Positions 61,001 through 64,000 of a stretch of DNA of 64,000 nt are shown in pieces. Position 1 is the stretch's first letter. The number at the start of each line of letters is the position of its first letter. The notes beneath the pieces are model-generated. The model had not been told where the DNA came from and made no database searches. It saw only the letters and a program-made list of their open reading frames with translations. A program made the translations under genes and the position numbers. This DNA comes from Diadema antillarum (taxonomy: Eukaryota), in assembly GCF_040938485.1 (NCBI RefSeq), contig NW_027271302.1:868001-932000 (forward strand), in the 5' to 3' direction.

Positions 61001-63968
61001 CGTATGACGTCAATATGAGGCAATTTGTCAATCAGTTGCAATAAACGAAAAAGATTAACGTTAAACTTGTGTGTGTGTGTGTGTGTGTTTGTGCATACTT
61101 ACGATACATAATACAGATAGTTGTATAGGAACAATAGATACCTTGAAATGAGCTGACATGAATAAAAAATGGAAGAGAGTAGAGAGAACTGGAGTGCAAG
61201 CACCCATAATGTTTATCATGATTTGCCATGCAGTACCTGCAACTAACATGTTCCACTTTCGTTTTTTCCCTTATAACTTCACATCACCGTAGAAACAGTT
61301 GCAAACAGTCTACCAGCTACAGCTGGAGTGTAACCCCATGGAGGAAGACGGACCACTCTCTCTGTCGGACATGATCTTCATGCGGACTCGTTTGAAAAGC
61401 TGGCCGACACATGGCCATGACAGCAGTCCTATCCTTGTTCATTGCAGGTTAAAGAATATTTAGTTACACAAATAAGATTATGTCACGGGAGAAGGAATAT
61501 CCAGATTGTTTTTTTTTTCGCTTTCCGTAGTGAAAGCGAAGCTTCCAGTATTTGCTTTATTTTTTTTCTGTGTAGATGCATGTAATGCCAAATAATGAAT
61601 GGGAGATGTTGGAGTCAATGTATGGTTCTACATCTTACCTTGTTCAGATATGTTGTTTTCTGCTGATGTATAGTTTCACATGTTCACTCTGGAACTTTGA
61701 TACTAATGCCGAGATCACTATCGCTCTCTCAATTGGTTCGGTTGTGTCTTCGTCATCCATGCCACCTCAAAAGCATTATGTGTTTATGTTCATAGGGATG
61801 GCGTCGGAACATCTGCCACTTTCTGTGCGTTGTTATCCATCCTGGATCGCGCAGATTCTTCAGACGACGTGGAGGTTTTCCAGGTGTGCAAGAAAATGAG
61901 AGCCGTCCGTCACGGGGCCATTTCACATCTGGTAAGTAGTGTCGTTCCTATTACTTTGAGAATTATACAAACAAGCAGAACACCCATGAACAATTTTGAT
62001 TGAAGAATGTAATGCAAAGCAAAACATTGTCAACGTTTTTTGTGTTATCGGGTTGGATCGATGGAAGTTAGCACACAATCATTGCTATGTTGTCTCCGTT
62101 TATCAATGACAAATTCTAATCAACAGAAAGTGCACTGCAAAACAGCGTCAACAACAAGAATTCTAACAATAAGACCCAAGTCACATATAAATACGGATCC
62201 TCAAGGATCTACACGGTGATCCGGAGAGATCCGGGAAGATCCGGGGAGATCCGGGATAGTTTCGACCTCGATGGAGTGTCGATGAGCGTTGATATGACTG
62301 TACACACGGTATCAACACGGCAGCTACACGGATAAGGCCGGAAGAGAGTGACGTCTACACTGATCAACACGGCAGCTACACGGCAGCCACACGGACCATC
62401 CCGGATTGCTCTGCCAACACGGCAATCCCCGGATGACGCCGGATTTTTTGACCTCCAAAAGTTGCCGTGTTGGCCTCCCGGATGTCTCCGGATCTACAGG
62501 GATACACACGGATGTCCAAGGATGTCTAAGGCGTCAATACGGATCTCTCCCCGGATCACCCTTGATCAGATCCGGGGTGGTCTGGGGTGATCCGGGATGT
62601 CTATGTGACTGGGGCTTAAAAGCCCATGTCATATAGACATTCCGGATCACCCAACACGGCAACTTTTAGAGGACAAAAACATCCGGTGTCATCCGGGGAT
62701 TGCCGTGTAGCTGCCGTGTTGATCCGTGCAGATGCCGCGTTTGTCCGTGTAGACGCCGCGCTCGTCCGGCCTTATCCGTGTAGCTGCCGTGTTGATACCG
62801 TGTGTACAGTCATACCAACGCTCGTCGACACTCCATCGAGGTCGAAACTATTCCGGATCTCCCTTGATCTCCCCGGATCACTGAGTAGATCCTTGAGCAT
62901 CCGTGTTTATATGTGACTGGGGCATAAGGAACCCTGTTGTTCTGGTCGCTCCTTCTTTTAAAGTTTTATTGAATTTTGTTTAAATTACAAAAAGAAAAAA
63001 AAATAAGGTGACACATACTAGGTATAAGAATAGGTCGCCTGGAAGTTACATAATTAACCACAGTTAACTTTACATTAACCAGTATGTTTGTTAATCACTA
63101 GACCTACTGCATAAAATATTTGAATATCTCAGGTATTAAAAAAAGAATGAGCCAAATTTCGGAAGTTTAAGATTAAAGTGAATAACTGATGCAATCAGTC
63201 TAGATTATATAACCATACATTAAAGGAGAAGTATGGGCCACTAAGAATGAAGTATGAAAAGAAAGAGTAAACATTTATGAGAACAGTAAAATAAAGATTC
63301 ATGACAAATTAGGAGTGTTATCTTCTCAAGACAGTTCTTGAACAGTCGATATTAAATATGCAAATGAGTGAGATGATGATGTCGTTGCCTTTTAACTTGC
63401 TTTGTAATTATTAGACAAAATCTTGAGATTTCCAGATTTATTTATTTTTTTCAAATGCCATTATTTCCCAGTCTCAAATCATGGCATATCTGAGTGATCA
63501 TCATTTTGAGTTTGTTTAACGATGTTATGGCATGTTATTGTCTTCTTTGTGTACACGAGCAAGGGAAAATTGTCAGGTAATCGGCATCATGAGCTCACTC
63601 ATTGTTTAATAAGTTACTATTTCCATCAAGGAATTGAGAACTGATTTGTAAAAATTAGCAAGTCTGTATGTTCTAATAACTTCCGAAATGATTTTGCGAT
63701 TTAAATCAAAGTTTCACTTATGTGCTTATAAAACGTTTTACTCTTTCTTTTCAGACTAACTTTTAACTTTATCGAAATTATCCTTTATTCTGCCTCTACA
63801 TTGATGAATATACATATATTATTGTTATTATAATTATTATTATCTTTATTGTGTTTGTATGTGTATTCGATTTTTTCCCCGACCAATTAGTGCCAGTATC
63901 AATTGCTCTACGACGTTCTCCAGGAGTATCTCAATTCCTTCGAGATCTACGAGAATTGCAGGGGCTGA
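30953..63968 (+). CDS. Receptor-type protein tyrosine phosphatase: 9 FN3-like repeats, TM, tandem PTP domains D1/D2; 29 exons, about 1663 aa
   Basis: Exons assembled by hand with GT-AG boundaries and consistent phases give a 4992-nt open frame ending at TGA 63966-63968. PTP exon sizes 88/77/37/98/117/155/136 match the conserved RPTP intron pattern. The start exon is uncertain and orthology cannot be assigned without a phylogeny. Confidence 0.9.
31653..31985 (+). CDS. RPTP FN3 exon A1
   Basis: TTGTTCAG acceptor; LKVSW...[13 protein letters not shown]...[14 protein letters not shown]...SNTISFTT; GTAAGC donor; 333 nt, phase 1-1. Confidence 0.9.
32755..32887. mobile_element. PIF/Harbinger-like MITE with CTG TSD
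   Basis: CTG-GGCCCCATTTCATAAAA ... TTTTATGAAATGGGGCC-CTG. Confidence 0.85.
33321..33602 (+). CDS. RPTP FN3 exon B1
   Basis: APGTIALNS...IRWGPV...FEAYEVQL...[18 protein letters not shown]; 282 nt, phase 1-1. Confidence 0.85.
34224..34529 (+). CDS. RPTP FN3 exon A2 (paralog of A1)
   Basis: RVSWTI...[13 protein letters not shown]...[14 protein letters not shown]...SNTISFTT; 306 nt, phase 1-1. Confidence 0.9.
36716..36997 (+). CDS. RPTP FN3 exon B2 (paralog of B1)
   Basis: APGPIALNS...FEAYEIQL...[18 protein letters not shown]; 282 nt, phase 1-1. Confidence 0.85.
37450..40380 (-). mobile_element. L2-clade LINE, near-full but frameshifted ORF2, antisense in the RPTP intron
   Basis: [10 protein letters not shown] and EPTYESGH (APE endonuclease); [15 protein letters not shown]...[13 protein letters not shown]; [12 protein letters not shown]; FYADDTQLY; ITSRLNFCN...[10 protein letters not shown]...[12 protein letters not shown]. 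Confidence 0.9.
39403..39603 (-). mobile_element. Full-length tRNA-derived SINE with 13-bp TSD, nested in the L2
   Basis: A-box TGGTCTAGTGG and B-box GATTCAAATCC on the minus strand; TCTTTGAAGAGTT at 39390-39402 and 39604-39616. Confidence 0.85.
41439..41756 (+). CDS. RPTP FN3 exon C1
   Basis: [15 protein letters not shown]...WRVSYRP...AACPDER...[16 protein letters not shown]; 318 nt, phase 1-1. Confidence 0.9.
42897..43238 (+). CDS. RPTP FN3 exon C2 (close duplicate of C1)
   Basis: [15 protein letters not shown]...[18 protein letters not shown]...[16 protein letters not shown]; 342 nt, phase 1-1. Confidence 0.9.
44610..44936 (+). CDS. RPTP FN3 exon D
   Basis: TIRLSWVY...[10 protein letters not shown]...[13 protein letters not shown]; 327 nt, phase 1-1; donor GTAGGA slightly uncertain. 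Confidence 0.8.
45406..45717 (+). CDS. RPTP FN3 exon E
   Basis: NSLLVQW...YRVLYQP...[14 protein letters not shown]; TTTCCTGCAG acceptor and GTAAGT donor; 312 nt. Confidence 0.85.
46397..46684 (+). CDS. RPTP membrane-proximal FN3 exon F
   Basis: [10 protein letters not shown]...YYEVVL...[19 protein letters not shown]; 288 nt, phase 1-1. Confidence 0.9.
47705..47786 (+). CDS. RPTP transmembrane exon
   Basis: [27 protein letters not shown](I), donor GTAAGT; the next exon starts IYWRRRKQ (stop-transfer). Acceptor position less certain. Confidence 0.8.
48464..48568 (+). CDS. RPTP juxtamembrane exon 1
   Basis: (I)[33 protein letters not shown]; CCACAG / GTAAGC; phase 2-2. Confidence 0.8.
48731..48783 (+). 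CDS. RPTP juxtamembrane exon 2
   Basis: [17 protein letters not shown], donor GTAAGC; phase 2-1 bridges the flanking exons; second in-frame AG 6 nt upstream. Confidence 0.65.
49410..49606 (+). CDS. RPTP juxtamembrane/wedge exon
   Basis: [10 protein letters not shown]...SIYENV...[11 protein letters not shown]...GFTEEFE; phase 1-0. Confidence 0.85.
50007..50094 (+). CDS. PTP D1 exon (motif 1, KNRF)
   Basis: [29 protein letters not shown]; 88 nt. Confidence 0.9.
50103..50443. mobile_element. PIF/Harbinger-like MITE with TTA TSD
   Basis: TTA-AGGCCCCGTCACACTACAGCGAATGCCC ... GGGCATTCGCTGTAGTGTGACGGGGCCT-TTA. Confidence 0.9.
50681..50757 (+). CDS. PTP D1 exon
   Basis: (Y)DHSRVKL...[10 protein letters not shown]; 77 nt. 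Confidence 0.95.
51125..51161 (+). CDS. PTP D1 exon
   Basis: [12 protein letters not shown](G); 37 nt. Confidence 0.95.
51563..51660 (+). CDS. PTP D1 exon
   Basis: [32 protein letters not shown]; 98 nt. Confidence 0.95.
52088..52204 (+). CDS. PTP D1 exon
   Basis: KKCEQYWP...YTIRRFDVE; 117 nt. Confidence 0.95.
52842..52996 (+). CDS. PTP D1 WPD-loop exon
   Basis: [22 protein letters not shown]...SPIVVHC(S); 155 nt. Confidence 0.9.
53951..54170. mobile_element. Short non-autonomous element with subterminal inverted repeats and a TTAGGG tract (Helentron/HINE-like or MITE)
   Basis: GACATTGACTCCTGTGACAATT versus AATTGTCGCAGAAGCAAATGTC; TTAGGATTAGGGTTAGGGTTAGG at 54062-54084. Confidence 0.5.
54247..54382 (+). 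CDS. PTP D1 P-loop/Q-loop exon
   Basis: (S)[16 protein letters not shown]...[12 protein letters not shown]; 136 nt. Confidence 0.95.
54825..54974 (+). CDS. D1 end and D1-D2 linker exon
   Basis: [19 protein letters not shown]...LQEEFE; 150 nt. Confidence 0.95.
55768..55867 (+). CDS. PTP D2 exon (KNRY)
   Basis: [33 protein letters not shown]; 100 nt. Confidence 0.9.
56673..56746 (+). CDS. PTP D2 exon
   Basis: (P)[24 protein letters not shown]; 74 nt. Confidence 0.9.
57439..58992. mobile_element. TA-flanked TIR element with 21-bp subterminal tandem repeats
   Basis: TA-GGTTTTCCCGGTCAATTTCATACTT ... AAGTATGAAATTGACCGGGAAAACC-TA; about 5 copies of GATAGTGAATTTGAATGCTCC at 58765-58880 with inverted GCATTCAAATTC motifs in the left arm. 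Confidence 0.8.
59045..59176 (+). CDS. PTP D2 exon
   Basis: [37 protein letters not shown]; 132 nt. Confidence 0.95.
59390..59660 (+). repeat. Two-copy intronic duplication, about 165-bp spacing
   Basis: GTAyATGTATACTTTCTGG...ATGTTTGTATTAGAGGAAT...TTGCACGAArAGGAGAC occurs twice. Confidence 0.7.
59779..59907 (+). CDS. PTP D2 exon
   Basis: [19 protein letters not shown]...ERTLTV; 129 nt. Confidence 0.9.
60181..60937. mobile_element. Probable MITE
   Basis: GGTGTATAACCAAGGAGGTT...ATGGAG versus CTCCAT...AACCTCCTTGGTATAACC; TSD not resolved. Confidence 0.45.
60967..61040. repeat. Hairpin made of inverted SINE-tail sequence
   Basis: TGCAACTGATCGACAAATT...CCCTACATCGACGT...GGCAATTTGTCAATCAGTTGCA. 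Confidence 0.7.
61293..61447 (+). CDS. PTP D2 exon, WPD loop lost
   Basis: [16 protein letters not shown]...SPILVHC(R); 155 nt. Confidence 0.9.
61796..61931 (+). CDS. PTP D2 degenerate P-loop exon
   Basis: (R)[16 protein letters not shown]...[21 protein letters not shown]; 136 nt. Confidence 0.95.
62172..62924. mobile_element. Inverted dimer of a Harbinger-like MITE
   Basis: Copy 1 spans 62172-62616 (ends ATGTGACTGGGGCT), then TAAA, then an inverted, internally deleted copy at 62621-62924. Confidence 0.8.
63891..63968 (+). CDS. RPTP last coding exon
   Basis: [25 protein letters not shown]; acceptor TTTTTTCCCCGACCAATTAG. Confidence 0.9.
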   Translation, partial: CQYQLLYDVLQEYLNSFEIYENCRG

Positions 63969-64000
63969 AATGACGCAACAACGACAACAACCAACCATCG

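Overview
Repeat-rich animal genomic DNA; the intron/exon style and transposon content suggest an echinoderm-like invertebrate deuterostome (inference only). There are four short N gaps. The right half (about 30.95-63.97 kb, + strand) holds an apparently complete 29-exon receptor-type protein tyrosine phosphatase gene of about 1663 aa: candidate signal peptide, RKRR furin site, nine FN3-like exons that are all phase 1-1 and include clear internal duplications, a TM helix, a D1 domain with intact WPD and [10 protein letters not shown] but KNRF, and a pseudo-phosphatase D2. The left half has no host gene. It contains decayed CR1-like LINEs, many MITEs, a three-level nest of DNA transposons centred on a 4.2-kb foldback element that looks derived from AcademX, and a cluster of six minimal hammerhead-ribozyme motifs from three sequence families at 19.9-26.4 kb. 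These motifs are of the Penelope-associated, dimer-dependent type, and no Penelope ORF is visible nearby. All coordinates were read by eye; no database searches or folding computations were run.
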